Shown here: in pieces, positions 1 through 14,300 of the stretch
How positions within the stretch are numbered: the stretch's first letter is position 1
Layout of the letters: each line of letters starts with the position of its first letter
Source: Takakia lepidozioides
Lineage: Eukaryota; Plantae; Bryophyta
Direction: 5' to 3'
Length of the DNA stretch: 64,000 bases
Assembly: GCA_030704615.1 (NCBI GenBank)
Contig: CM060731.1
Span: 56,110,001-56,174,000, forward strand
The notes under the pieces: model-generated
The model's database searches: none
Seen by the model: the letters and a program-made list of their open reading frames with translations, nothing else
What the model was told of the DNA's origin: nothing
Translations under genes and position numbers: made by a program

Positions 1-1979
1 CCAGAAAATCAGTCCGACTGCCATCGTGGATCTGTTACAACGTGCCCCCTGTCATGTGTTTACCTTTCTAGAGGTGCCAGCTCGGTAATTTTGCCACCTG
101 GCGCGGGGTAGAATACAAAGGTGGCCCGGTCGCGCTAGTGCTTTTGGAAAATGGAGAAAAAACGCTGCTTGCAATGATCCTTTGGTTTGAAAGGCGTCTC
201 GTGGGTTGGTGAAAGTGCATGTGGAGCTTTGATTAAGGCAGCAGTATCCCCGGCGAGAGGAAGATCCAATGGATGATGTCAAGAAGTGAACAGCGGGTGA
301 GGTTGCAGAAAGCCATGTTCAGAGTCGCTGGCAATAAATGTAACGTTGGCTCACACGTTCAAGTTTGTAGTTGGGGCCATGTTCTCATTAAGGAGCCAGG
401 ATCCTGCCAAGCTCAGGAGTCTTACACGGACTGGGGTGGCAGTTAATTCTTTGTGGTACTGCATGGAGGAAACTTATGAAACTTGGAATAAATCGAATGG
501 ATGTAGGTGTTCACTGTTGAATTAACCCATCGTGTACACATTTTTGCAGTAGTGGGTGCCGAGATTGCAACTGCTGACAGTTGCAATTTCTTCTTTCCTA
601 AAATCGGCAACTCGTATGTAATATGTACATGTTGCAGAGCACGTACAATGCCCTGTACCGTTCTTAATCCTCCTTCACCTTTAGGCCAATCATTTAGATT
701 GCATGCGGACCGCTCCTGCTTTAGCTGTGACAGTGGTAAATATTGCTCCCCAATTCCATGGCTATACCCCCATGTCACGTAAGTACCCATCTGGTACTTG
801 CGTTTCCACCTACTGCAGTCGTAGCGATGGCCGCGCAAGAGTCACAAAAACAAAGGGTTGGGTATTGTAATGCTTGCAGTCCAGAGGTGCAGAGCTATAT
901 GAAATGTAGCACTTTGTGCCCTACGCCAGGATCGAAAGTATTCCATAATAGTCCTGACAGCTCTCCGTTGTAGATTTTCTCCTCACTTATTTAAGTCATT
1001 AGCTTGGCAACTCTTACAGTACTTACATGTGATGATGGAATGCGGTAACGTTGTTACATTGTTGCGCGCTCGAGCATGATTATTAGTAGCTAGCTGGGCA
1101 CGATGACCTGGGGCATGTCTACAGGTGGTTGGTAAATAGGACTGATGAAGACTGTAAATCAGTGCTCATGTCATCTCCGTTTAAATTTCAGTTCAATTTC
1201 TTACTTGAAAAGTGGAACGATTCCTGTAGGCTGATAAAAGTTAAGACTCTCTGGCACGAGTGCATACTTAGTTGCCCGGAGCCCTGCGCAGTTAGAAGTT
1301 AGAACCCTGGTGCCATCTTGATTTCGTAAAGTTCAAGTATAGATATGAACTTTTCCGCAAATTATAATTCTGAATATTCTGTCCCCAGACGGTGTTCCAG
1401 GTCTGCCCTGGTCAAAATGAGCTGCCGGATCAAGCATGGCCGAGCGGAGTAGCTCCTGAGGGGCCGGAAATGATGTAACCAAGCTCTGGGAAAAGCATCG
1501 CTAAGACCCAAGAGATACAATCGTCTAATACCTCGACACAGCTACTTGCAACTAAACAAACTTGTCTTCAGGAAGGTACAGGCAAACAGTTATCAGGCAT
1601 AATAGCCTGCAGGTTGGTACTGAACTTTATGTACAACCGTGTGATCAAACGCCAGGTGTACCCTCTCTTAATCAGTACATGAAAGCTGGGTGCGATTATC
1701 GAAGTTGCTCACGGTGCTCCAATTACCTACATTGCATACATTAGCTTCATTCAACTGACCAACTCCACGTCTAGATTCAATCTCGATGAGACTGCTGTCA
1801 ACTCAGACTCTCTTGTCTCTTTCTCTTCAGCTACTTGTGAGCTAAAGATAACCTATGGCACCAGGACCCTATCACTCACGTCCAGCTGTTTTTTTTTTCA
1901 CTTTTCCAAAATGGTTGGCGGGGCCACATGTGAATTCTATCCAGTGCGGATGTGGTGAGAATAACGAGGTGGCAGGACT

Positions 1980-4850
1980 AGTCCCTACATTTCCAGGATG
2001 TAAGTCGCCTTATGTGGTGCATGAAAATTAGTTGTGAAGCCCCTAGAAAACTGGCGTCGAATTTCTTGTTTCCGGCCATGGGGTGGATGGCTAAGCCCCG
2101 GGGGTGGCTGGCACAGTCTGGAAATTTGGCGCCATTTTTCCAGTTCCGGGCCCAGTCAGTTCAGGGACTTAGCCATTTTCGGACCCTGTACTGGAAAAAT
2201 GGCACCATTTTCGGACCCAGCCTGGAAAAATGGATGTGATTTTGTCTATGTTTTTTGAATGCAGGTACTGTAAGTTCTCCCTGTTGGAGAAAGGTCATTT
2301 GTCCTTCGAGCCGCCATTCTTCCTTGCATGGAGGAACCCTGAGCTGACTCCATTTACACTGACGTTATCGTGAAGGAGTGGCATCTGGAGCATTTGCGCG
2401 ACTGCCCTTGGTATGTGGACCTTCCACCCGGCTCGCTCGACTCATCCGAGTTCCAATTGAAGCTGGATGCGAAGGCCCGACGAAACCGGGCTCCGCTGCC
2501 TCCGCTGGGTCCAAAGGAGGCGAAAGCGCTTGCCAAGTCCAGGAAAGCGGCAGAGCTTGCTCAGGTAGGTATTCAGGAGAAATTGAATGAGAAGAATAAA
2601 GGACAAATGAAAAGGACACGGAAACAGGGGAGTAAAGTAACCCTCAAAAAACAGAAAACCACCGGGGCACCAGAAGAGGCGCAGGAGGGGCTCCAAGGGA
2701 GTGACTCCGACGACGACTTTGTGCAAGGTCCTGCGACTGCTGCTGCTGCTACCAAGTCACCGTTCGTCCGGGTTCCCAAGTCAGTTCGGACTGGGACTAG
2801 CTCTGCCAAGAAGTTGGCATTTGAGGGCGAGCCTACACGGCGGTATTTCGCGGTGACATTTCCACAGAGGCCAAAGCTAGAATCCCCAACTATCATCCAA
2901 TGTGTCAATGAGAGCTTCTTTGACGCTCTGGCTGCCAGGGCGAAGAAGGTGGCACACAACAAGTCTCTAGAGGAGCTGAAGGGGAAAGCCAAGAAGAGGG
3001 CTGCTGCTACAGAGCCTAAAGACACCCCTGGTTTGGAAGCCATGATGGAATTCTTCACGGCTGTGAGCACGGATTGCAAGAGCACTCGGGGGGGGGGGTT
3101 TGAGGTGGAGAGAGCCTGTGATATGATTCTCCTCGATATTCCAGATGGGGACCTGCTGGAGGCCTGGATGGTGTGCCCACCTGGAACAAGTTTACGGAGG
3201 ACTACTGGAGAGCCGGGTTTGGGCTGGCGGGGATGTTCTTGGATGACGGTGGATGTATGGTGGTCCTTGCCACAAGAGGGAAGACCACAGAGAATGTTGT
3301 GGCAAGGTGGACACCGAAAAGTGTCACCCCGGTCCTCCTCAAAAAATGGTTCTGCATCAATACGCAGGGGTTGCAAACAGAGGGCCAGAGTGTAAGTTAT
3401 CAATCTATTGCATTCACTTCATATTGTGGTGTATCTAAACTAGACCCTGGAGTGGATCCCTCTTTTGTTGGATGTGCAGACGTTGGTGTTTGAGGCATAT
3501 TGTTTTGTGAAGAGAGGGTCTACATTCAAATTCCGCAATGACGGTCGTCTTGTTGATGCCGCTCTGGACACTGTTACCTATGATGTCCTCTACAACTATG
3601 TGCCCCAATCCAGTATGCCAAAGGACACAAAGACAGGCAAACCGTGGCGGTACAGCCGGACCCGTAGCCCTGCTTTCATCCAAACCCTCATGGAGACGTG
3701 CTCGGATGTCCAAGGGCGAATTCTTGACCCCACATGTGGCACAGGTAAGCCTTCACGTGCACATTTTGTCCCCTGGCCCGATTGCAATTGCATGTCGCAT
3801 GCTACTAACCACCCGCTTTGTCCCCAGGTGCTTCAATGTGGGCAGGGACGTTGTCCGACAGGCATGTCTTTGCCTTCGAGCCAGATACTGCCCTCCACAA
3901 CTCTGAACTTGTGCGGCTGAACGTCTGCCGAAAGAGGAAGAGGCATCCTCGGAGGATGAGGAAGAATCCGAGAAGGAGGTGGGGGAGGTACAAGTTGGGA
4001 TCGAGGCCGAGGAGCCCCCGGTTTACGAGTGAGTGGTCGCATTGTAAGTTGCCTCCTGATTTCGTGAGGCACCTCCCTTTGCTCTCTTATTTCATTGAAA
4101 GACCCTTTTTGGCTTCTGCTGGTATTGACATTCTTAAAGTGGATTTGTTCTTACTGCAGGATGCCAAGTACTGCAGGAGGGACGTCTACACCGCAGTTCA
4201 TGGGCAGGAGGAACGAGCCTTTTTTTGCCAGGGGGGATTTCATGTCGAGTCCAGAAAGGGACTACATCGTTCCTACTTATGTTGCCCGGCTTGCTTCGGT
4301 GTCCATTAGGAGGTCTTCCGAACCTAGTCGTGTACAACAGATTTTAGACGAGGCAAGCCTCAAGAAAATGAAGATGAGGGAGGAGGCAGCAGCTATTAGA
4401 GCCCGTCAGGCTCGTAGATTTGTCTTGGATTCTGCTGAGGAAAGTGGGGGAGAAGAGGCAGAAGATTCCCAGGAGGTGAGGTGGACAGTCCCCCAAGGAG
4501 CGGACGGAATTTTTGAGAGGCATAGTGGAACTGATGCATCACAGAGCTCGGAGGATGGGGGGGATGAGGGGGATGAGGAAGAAGGTGGGGCAAGTTCCTC
4601 GGAGGTGTAAGAGAGTAGTGCCCATTCCGGCTATGACAGTTATGACACACTTGTATAGATGTGGCTTGCCACAAAATTTGCAATAAAATGTTGCATTTCA
4701 TTGCTATGACGAGTCCACTGGTGCCACATTCCAACTTCACATGACCCTATTTCCGTGCCTCCTAACCCTATTTCCGTGGACACACAATGGTCCGCTCATG
4801 GTTTTTTTTTTTCCGCTCATGCTCATGCCGCTCATGAAATAGCAGCCCCC
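1980..4850 (+). mobile_element. MULE copy 1, 5'-truncated (right arm only), same subfamily as 15651-29216
   Basis: Colinear and highly similar to ~25600-29216. Ends in the same terminus ...GCTCATGAAATAGCAGCCCCC (4850). Similarity is lost upstream of ~1980; no left TIR or TSD found. Confidence 0.9.
2265..4610 (+). pseudogene. 3' exons of MULE cargo gene (beta-class amino-MTase-like domain plus acidic C-terminus), frameshifted
   Basis: Motifs CDMILLDIPDG (~3117-3150) and RSPAFIQTLMETCSDVQGRILDPTCGTG|ASMWAG...RHVFAFE, split by GT-AG introns. Frameshifts in the G-run at ~3087-3098 and near 3910. Confidence 0.8.
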
Positions 4851-5830
4851 CACTTGGAGATATCAAGGGAAAGGTCTCCGGTTCAAATCTGGTTGTAGAC
4901 TCTATGGAAAAAAAATGATTAGATATGGCTTGGCTTCTATTAATGCACTTGGACTTAGATGACACTGGACACTTGGGCCAACGGCACAGGCTACCCTAGA
5001 GGTTGCATTTGGGCCTCGACATAGGAGACACACTTTGATACATAGGGGATCGCACTTGGACTTAGATGACACTGGACACTTGGACCACCGGCACAAGCTA
5101 CCCTAGAGGTCGCACTTGGGCCTCGATATAGAGGACGCAGTGGGATACACAGAAGATCTTACACTTGGGCTTAGATGATAATGGACCCTTGGGCTTAGAT
5201 GACAGTGGACACTTGGGCCAACGGCACAGGCTACCCTAGACGATTTGTTAGACAATTTGTTTGTTTGTTTGTTTATTTGTTTTGTCACGTTGAGATGTCC
5301 CAAACCGCGAGGCCCCAGCGCTGGTGCTTAGTACCATTGGAAAGCCCTTGACGAGGAAGGGTGCATGGGCTTGGTCTCACGATTTTTGGACTGCGGTGTG
5401 GGAGATACGGAATTCCAAGTACTTTTGGTCGCTGGAAATTCACAAAAAATTGCAAAAATGGCAAAGTAGGCATTCCCGGGACAATGGTTGGAGCCTCGAC
5501 GGGAGAGATATCAAGGGAAAGGTCTCCGGTTCAAATCTGGTCGTAGCTCTATGGGGGAAAAAAAATGATTAGATATGGCTTGCTTCATATATTGATGCAC
5601 TTGGACTAAGATGACATTGGACACTTGGGCCAATGGCACAGGCTACCCTAGAGACGGGAGATATATCAATAATGATTGGATATTATTACTCAATAAATTC
5701 ATGAAAAAAAAAATGGGGCCTTGACATGGGCGACGTACTTGGATGCATAGGAGATTGCACAATGGGCATAGATGGGCCGACATAGGAGACGCACATGGGA
5801 GACGCACTTGGATACATAGGATATCGCTGC
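4851..5830. repeat. Unclassified dispersed repeat with internal short repeats (GGACACTTGGGCCAACGGCACAGGCTACCCTAGA); related to 58756-59520
   Basis: Internal direct repeats (~4856-4995 vs ~5505-5650). Block GAGATGTCCCAAACCGCG...GGAAAGCCCTTGA is shared with ~59281-59340. Confidence 0.7.
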
Positions 5831-6039
5831 AATCTACCATGTTCCATCTACTCAGGCATTCATTCCACAGCTTCACTCAGGTCTCTCTTGAACGATTTGC
5901 TCTACCTGTCAACTGCAAGTTTGCAGCTTCAAAAGAACAGATGGCATGCTCTTTACTACACTCACTGAGGCATCTGCACCCACACCACCTCAATCAAGGT
6001 CTTCACTTGTACTGCTGTCTGTCTATTGAATTCTTATCC

Positions 6040-8750
6040 ATAATAATGGGAATTTGGTTGAAGGGCAGAATCATGGCCCGATTGTATTCAAGTGCAGCAG
6101 GAGTAGTAGGTGGGTTAAAAGAAGCATCACCCCAAACCTCAGATAGTGATTGCTGCAACGCCATGGTATCAACACTGTCGACCTGATGTGGTTGCTGTGA
6201 TATTGGTGCCACAGTCCCTCCTGACGTTGGCAAGTCCTACATTTCCTGTGCTGAAGATTGGAAAATCAAAGTCCTTGCGTGCAAATAAGTAGCCACGAGC
6301 TGTTCCTCAGGAACAAAGGCCCTTTTGTCAATGTTGGAGCTCAAGTCATCCACCTGAGTCTGCAGCCCTTCTACATCCTCCTGTAACTCAGCTATCCGAC
6401 TATAGACATTGTCTATAGTGGTTGTGGCAATGTTATGCACCCGTAGCCTGAGATCATTCATCTCATCTTGGGTGAGCTTTCTTGGTGCTTTCCCTTCCAC
6501 TGGCCCTTGTGTTAGCCACTCTTGCAAAAGATGATTATCCACCAAGTCCTGTGTAGCACCACGGAGATCCTGCTCCTCCTTGAGTCTATATGTTTCCAAC
6601 TGCTGCTGTAAATTTTCCATGTGCTTTGCATGAGGTTCAACCAGAGCTGCATAGGCAGCGGACAGATTATTGGCTTCTTTCCAGACCTTGTCAGTCACAG
6701 AAAGCTCATTCTTCCGTACTGTGATTGTTTGTTGCAATTCAAAGATGTACCTGTCCTTCTGGGCATCGACCTGACGGTACTGCTGAAAGGTATCCTCATT
6801 GCAACAGATAGTAGCCTTCATATCAGCAATGAGTTTCGCCTGCTCCATTGACTTTGTCTCCGCCATTAAACATCTCTCAGCTTGGTTCTTAACTTCTAGT
6901 GCAGTCAGCTCCAGATTAGTCGTTAGTGTGGCACACTGTATGGTCATTCTCTGATGGACTGCTTCCAATTCTGTATGAAGCAACTTCACTTCCTGCAACT
7001 TGCCTTCATGCTTAACCTGCAACTGGTATAGCTGTTGCTTATGTACTTCATGCAACTTCTCTTGCTCCAAACCTGCTTCAATCAAATTTTCCTTCGCAAG
7101 CTGTAGGGCAGATTTAGTGTCCTCCAACTCTTTCTGCAACTTGAGGTTGGCCTCCACATCCACCTTGTTTGCACACTCAGTGGCAATTCTTGCCTCAAAC
7201 TCTTGCTTGAGCTCCTCCCGCAATGCTGCCAATTGTGTAGAGGGAACATGAGTCTTGACATAGGTGCCCAATAGGTTGAGAGTCCTGTTTATGGAACTCA
7301 TAAGCATGGCATGTTGTGGGTCTTCATGGAGAACTTATTGATGTTCTTCTTGATTCTCCACAGTTTGATGTTTCACAAACCAGTCAGGCCATGATCCCAC
7401 AAGATCTTCTTCCTGAGCCATCTCATCCTCCACAAGTGTTGCAGTACCCTTGTGATTTACCCCTTTAACCTCCGCCACAAGTTTGGGCATAACCTGCACA
7501 ACAGGGATTTCCTTGGGCAGACTCTGCATCTTTGGTACTATTGTTTTTCCGACCATGCCAGAGTTTTCATAGAGAAGGTCGCCCTTCTCAATCTCTGCCA
7601 CTACTTGCTCTGTAGTGGGGATGTCCAACCCTCTCTCTCCACAGTAAGAGGCTCGGGTGTAACAGCATGTCCGGTCTGAGTTACCACTGGGGCAACCTGA
7701 TCAGCTGGCTGTGCTGGCCGTGGTACTGAGGTGACTTCTTCATCCCTCTCTAATGGTCGTGCTTCCAGTAATAACAGCCCATTGTGCTGCTGCACCTCAT
7801 CCTGCACAGGAACTATGGAAACATCATCTTGAGGATTCCTTGTGGCCAGTGGATCCGCCACTACAATTGAGTCCCTTTTCTGTCTCTTGGATTGGTGCTG
7901 CCCCTCCAATCCCCTTTCACCTTGTGAAGAGCCTTGCTCCTCAACTGCAGTTGTGGCTGCCTCAAACACCCCCATTACTTTGCGTTCTCACGCATCAAGC
8001 AAGCAAGAATCAAAGATAATATGTGCAATAATTGGGCCAGACACAACGATTGGAGACTTAGCAGTAGTATTCTGTAACCGTTTCATCTCCTCCACCAGAC
8101 CCCAAGCTACATCCTCTCATCTCAAAGTTTTCAGTACCTCTTCCGTGAAAGATCTGCTAAGATACTGTTGGTTCTGTTTCATGGCAAACAGAATGTTTAG
8201 TATTTGGCCAATTTCCCTCAACCCTGGATACTCGGCCTTGGTGCAAGTGAATCCCTGGTTCCTGAAGAAACTCGTTTCTTGGAAAAGATCCCCTACTTGC
8301 AATTTTACCCTGTGCTCATCCACGCTCACATTACCATATGGTAATTCAAAAAGTTGTTGCAAGTACTGCAGAGTAACTTGTATATTTACGCCCTTCACCT
8401 AGGTAACTCCTGTCCGTGGCTCAAAGTTCTTGATGAACTGGATCATCAATTCTCGATGATGCAAAGACCACTCTTTGCGTAACAACCTTTCCAACCGCAG
8501 CTCCTTCAGCAATTACACTGCCTGTAGTGATTGTTTAAATCGTCGTGCTCTTCACTCAGAGATCCTCCATCTCTCTAATTCGCTTCATCCCGGACAAACA
8601 AGAAGGCCTTGTTTGGAATATCCTCAGGAAAGCTTGTAAAGCATAGAGCATGAAAGTGTGGTTAGCACAGAATGGAACAGGCAAGTGGGTGTAAGCCTGC
8701 GGGGCTTGCAAATAGTGAGTGAGAGAGAAAGTGCTTTTGATCTATCATTC
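6040..8750 (-). pseudogene. Extra ORF downstream of pol in Gypsy-1: Athila-ORF/Transposase_32-like N-terminus plus long coiled coil, disrupted
   Basis: ORF pieces 8117-8398, 7601-7975, 7335-7628, 6237-7307. Motif HRELMIQFIKNF...VKGVNIQVTLQYLQQLFELP; heptad-rich E/Q/L/K stretch. Confidence 0.6.
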
Positions 8751-9820
8751 CTTGCGTCACTGCGTAAGAAGTAGAGCTAGTGTATAGTCCGTGATATCCA
8801 CCATAGCTACAAAGCTATAGCTTTGATTGCCCCTCCCGTCGAGACACTGGCTATCCGGAATAACACCTATTTTTCCGCTCATAATCTTCTTAATTTCTTG
8901 TTCTTGTTTCTTGAATGGAGTCTGCACAAAATTCGTGTTGCTGATTGGCCGTTGCCTCATTAGGTAATTTCTCATTTTTACCCTAATCTGTTCAGATTCC
9001 ATCTTGGAATGACCACTAGGACTGCATATGTGGCAAGGGTCCCCCTTTGCCGGACGCGTAAAATGTTCCGTTACATGTCCTCTTGATGCTTTAATAGGCT
9101 CATAATAAGTTTTGGCTGATGTACCAGGTAGGTACTTTGACGGCCCTGTTTGTCTTCTTATGTGATGGCGCCTGTTATTGCAGTACATGCAATGCGGAGT
9201 ACTATGCCCCTTAGGCCACGTGTTTGAATTCAAACACTCTCCCATCTCCCTTTGTCCGCGTAACACCTTCTCCGAGTTTGACTTCCAAGCTGTCTTTACA
9301 CTTACCGGCCACTTAACTGACGTTAACTCGTGTCCACCTGTCACTGACCCTATGGACTGTGCAACCTATGTGAGCTGTGTCGCATGTGTTTGGGCTGTGA
9401 CAAACTGTGGTAAGTTGTGATATGTTGTAATAGGCTGTGGTGGGCTGTGATATGCTGTGTTAGACTATGGTGGACTGTGATGGCTGTGTGGACACATGTG
9501 TTCTCTGCTATGGCCATACGCATTCGGCTTTATGACAAGTGCTTCATGCTCCGCTGGTGCCACCGGTGTATTCTGTGACTGCATCTGTGTTTCAAGATGC
9601 AAATCATGCTGCAATGGTCTATCATGGATACCACTGTATCCCTTCAACTTATTGGCATTAACTCTACCAAGCATCTCTTTGTTAATGGTTTGTAACATAG
9701 CTGTGTTGTTATCATACATCTTTTGTATGGCATAAGGTCATTTCCATGGTGATTTAAGCTTAGAAGCTTTAATCTTTCCCTTCTTCTGCAACCACAGTAC
9801 CAAATCACCTGTCTTAAAAG
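6040..9820 (-). mobile_element. Gypsy-1, 3' internal region (end of integrase, spacer, extra ORF); no 3' LTR
   Basis: Homologous to ~37720-41640 of Gypsy-2 (e.g. TTIDNVYSRIAELQ; integrase tail WLQKKGKIKASKLKSPW). Confidence 0.85.
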
Positions 9821-11335
9821 CACTACACCAAATCATGGTTTTTTTTACTTTTTTTTTTTAGAGTCATGGTTTTCATGACTCAAAGTGGGATAGGCACAAA
9901 GAAGTCATGGATATGCCTAAAAAAGGTCGGGTATATGACTAAACGACTCCGTAAAGTTTGGAATTCAGGTCAACATGGTTTGACCAAAGAAGAGTAGTGA
10001 TCATAAGTCACACGTATGCCTTTAAAGGGTAACGAAGCTGACTCTAGAGATTTTGGAGCGTGGTCAAACGTTGTTGACTATGGATAATGTCGCGGTGTAG
10101 TCGTCTGCATGACTCTTATTTGGTGTCCCAATTAATGATAGATATTATTTAGTATAAATGCGGAAAAACAAAAACACATTGGATAATTGAAGCGATGTCC
10201 GTCATGTGGCATAATCTGCTGCCAAGGAATGTGGAATTTAGAGCAGGCGAAAGAATATTCCTGTATGCATTCCATGGAGCGTTAGCTTACATAATCAGAT
10301 TACAATGGTTTTTTAAGCCATCGATGATCAATGTCATCAACTGCCCCAATTGATCTGCACTATGAGTCGTTAGATCAATCGCGGAAATTTCACGGCTTAG
10401 CAGAGCTCTTGTCTATTTATCGTTGTTTGATGCCGCCTGTCCTATTGAGAAGCCCAATCGTCAGAGTCTATGCTACTGAGGAAATGCCACATAGAGAGGG
10501 AGGCTGACCACTTTGCTTCTTCGATCTGAGTATCATGATAAGGCTTTTTCGGCTGGCCAGTCACTCGACGTATAGTCCAGAGTCTTTATTTTTCTCCTTG
10601 GTGGAGTTTTCCCCCTCGATTCAAGCATAGTGCAAGTCTGCCATCTTCATTCTGATTTCTCTCACAAGGTTTTAATTAATGTCGGTTGAATTCCATTACA
10701 TATGTATTCATTCTCTACACACGCTCAAAACGTTGAAAAATGGGACTGTAGCGAGCTACGCCACTCCAAGTCGAGGAGGAAAAACAAATTCTATTGTTGC
10801 TAGTGTATCAGGACTGCGTACATGTATATTGAACAAAATAAATGAACTCAAAATATAGATGGCACAAACACTGCTGATAGAATATGATTGTCAGTAGTCC
10901 GACCAGATCACGGAGCATTGAACACTGAGAATAACCATGTGTGAGGAATAATTGGCAACCATTCTCCTAATTGAATTTTTAATCGCAAAACCACAGAGCA
11001 ATAGCAAATGGGGAAACGAGATTGCACAGAAGGATAATATATACAAGTCACTGAATGGCCAACCAGATAGGTCCGAGTCAAAAGTACAGTTTCAAGTGCT
11101 GTACAGTCCAGCAGCTGCTGCTCAGTTTTCCCCCCAGTATGACAGGCCACTATCTGCCACAAGGTAAAATATCCCCAATCGAATTGGCGGCTCCAAATAC
11201 CAAGACGACAAACAAACACGAGCTTATGCCAACAGGGACTTACCTTCACATAAGGATTCACTTGCATGCAGAGAAACATCTATGAAGCAAAGTTGAGAGA
11301 GCTTGGAGACCACAACCGTCAAGGGCGCCAACTAA

Positions 11336-14300
11336 CTACAAGTCTACATCAGGTAGATTGTCTTCATCCTCACTGCTTGAAGTTGAATGTTCCTCACAGT
11401 TTGCTTCATCATTTTCTTGTGTAGGCACCTTTGTATTCCCAATGGGGGTCTTGAACAGAGCTTCCATGGCTTTTTCAGTGACCTCTACTGCAAGGACAGG
11501 GCGAGTACATGGTTGTCCACCAATTTGAACATCATCAATGAGCCGAATGGGAGCTGACATGCCACTGCTATCTGTATTGTCTGATAGTGAAGTTGACACA
11601 TCATGCACCACTCTCAGCGATCGTGGATTCTTCTCCAACACAACCTTCCATCCTTTTTCTTGCACACAATCTGAAAAAAAAACCTGTTCAGCTTGTGATG
11701 GAAACAAGCAGGGTTGATCATTAGCCGGTAGCATGTGTTTGAAATTAACCAGGGTAAACCCAAACTCATCCTTCTTCATGGAGGCATTCCTTCCCACAGT
11801 TTTTGCACAAACCCACCCACAAATGAAGATGACAACTTTAGTTTTGCCATACTCCACTTGTAATATTTCCTTCACAATGCCCACATAGCGCACTTGACAG
11901 TCCTCATGTTCAAACATAGAACTGACCCCACTGTCATATGTGACCAACTGGTTAGATCGGACTGTGTTGGCCCTGTAGTGGTTCCCATACACACTCAGTC
12001 CCTTGACTGACACTGCATTCACAGATGGGGGTCTTGACAGATCAATCACTTCCTCCAAGAGCGCCTCATCATCCCTCATTCCTGCAGCCACATCATCTTC
12101 TACAGCCTGAGCCAACCAAGATTGAAAAGGAGGCAGTAATTGCAAATGCGCAGGATATTCTGTGTTCTCAACGTTGTGACCAGGCTCCACGTTGCCAAGT
12201 ACCTCTCCCCAAAAAGCAGACCGACCTGATTCCACATCTGCTTGGGCTTTTTCATACTTCCTGCAATCAAGAGCACAAATTTTGTAAATTAACTGTCACT
12301 ATCCACCATGAAATGAAATTCATACACATGCAAACTTGCCAGAAAGTGCTAAGGAACAGTACTCACTCAATCCAAGGAGCTATGCTCGTGTGGTTGTTAA
12401 TGACATAATCCTGAATTAGACTGCACAAATCCACATCAATTTGCGAGTTCTACCAGCGCCTTCGAGGACCTCCCCAGCCACTCCCTCCACTCCCTCGTCC
12501 TCATCGGCATCCCAAATTCGCCTCCTGGTTGCAGGGAAATCTGCCATGTACTCAGTACAAAACCCTAGTGCCTCATCCATTAACACATACCCTTCTGCCA
12601 TGGAGCCTTCAGGTTTTGCCTTATTACGAACATATCCCTTGAGGTATTTCATTGCCCTCTCCACCGGATACATCCACCTTGTGTTTACAGGTCCACAGAT
12701 AGCCAACTCATCAACCAAGTGTACCAGCAGGTGAGTCATGACATCAAAGAACGAAGGTGGAAACTCTTTTTTTAGGAGACACGACGTGATGACAACGTCT
12801 TCACGTAGAGAGTGCATATCTGCAAGATCCACAACCTTGCAACAAAGTTTCCTGAAAACTCTTGACACTCGCATTATGGCGCGTCGTGGACCAGGTTCCA
12901 TCAAACCACATAGACACAACGGAAGGATTTGTTGCATTAGTGTGTGATAATCACAACTTTTCAAATACGTCAACTTTCTATCCTCCACATGTTTTTTGTA
13001 TGCAGATGCATACCCGGTGGGCACCTTCAACGATGACAGAGTCTTCAAAAACGATTTATGCTCCTCTGCACTCAAGACATAAGGGGCTGCTGGCATTAAC
13101 ACCGTATTTGCTCTGCTTCCATGGGGTCGCACCCACAAGTCCTGGCGGATCCCATCTCGTTCCAAATCCCTCCTAGATTTCAAAGTGTCTTTTTCTCCAA
13201 GGATAGTCTTCACTATGTTTTCACAGAGGTTTTTCTCGCAATGCATAGGGTCCAGTGTGTGTTGAATGAGGAGATCCTGCACATAGATGCAAAACGTGTA
13301 CAACCATTAGACAAATGCGGCAATTCATGAAGAGATCAAATCATCAGTAAAGGACCGGGGCTTGAATGACAGACAAATGCATGTTGATCTTGAAAGCCGA
13401 ATGTTTACCTTCCAGTAAGGTAGGTCGAATAGACACGTCCGTCGTTTCACCCCATTAGCTTTGGAAGGATCGGTACTGTGGATGTTCGGCCTCTGGCTCT
13501 CCCATTGCCTACAACAACCCATTCTGCATACTGTATGGCAAACCTTTCGATATCAGCTGCTGTCACAGTGGGGGGAGCTGACCTCTGTTCCGTGAAGCCA
13601 TTGAAGCTTTTTGACCTTCTGTATGCATGGTTGCAGGGAAGGTACCTGCGGTGACCTGCAAATATATATTTTTGGCTATGATGCAAATAACGCGAGTCCA
13701 CATTTGGGCCGCATTTGGGACATCCTGCATACCCTTTCGTCACTTGGCCAACCAACAACCCATACGCAGGGAAGTCGTGAATGCTCCACATCAACATAGC
13801 CCGTAGCTGAAAATCTCTCTGAAATCAGGGCCTAGACACATCGTGTGCCATTACGCCTGTGCTCCACAAAATTTGCAGCTCGTCCACAAATGGCGCCATG
13901 TACACATCTATGTTTGCACTTGTTACTGATTCTTTGCCTGGTATCAACAATGCCATCATGGTGAAGAATTTTTTTGTTGACAACCATGGCGGGAAATTGT
14001 AATTAAACAATAGAACTGGCCATGTTGACCATGTTGTCGATCGTTGGCCGAATGGATTCACACCATCCAAAGCAAGGCCTAGGCGTACATTGTGAGGTTC
14101 AGCTGCAAAGTCTGGCCACATACTGTCAATGTGACTCCAGGCCTTTGAGTCTGCAGGATGCCGAACCAGACCATCAGTACTGGTGTTCTTATGATGCCAT
14201 GTCAGTAGCTCGGCAATACTCTTGCATCTGTACAACCTTTGTAATCGCGGTATGAGGGGGAAATGACGTAACACCTTCTTTGGAACGTTGCCACGACCCA

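Noticed and set aside
1-1980. Short ORFs (e.g. 443-838)
   Set aside because: No recognisable motif or repeat boundary; cannot be supported.
2573-3403. Long antisense ORFs over the cargo gene (also 23290-24006, 55646-56732)
   Set aside because: Shadow frames; conserved motifs and splice sites lie on the other strand.
9830-10100. TCATG core shared by CACTA and MULE subterminal repeats
   Set aside because: Shared core is only 5-6 bp with different flanks (GAGTCATG vs GCTCATG); likely coincidental.
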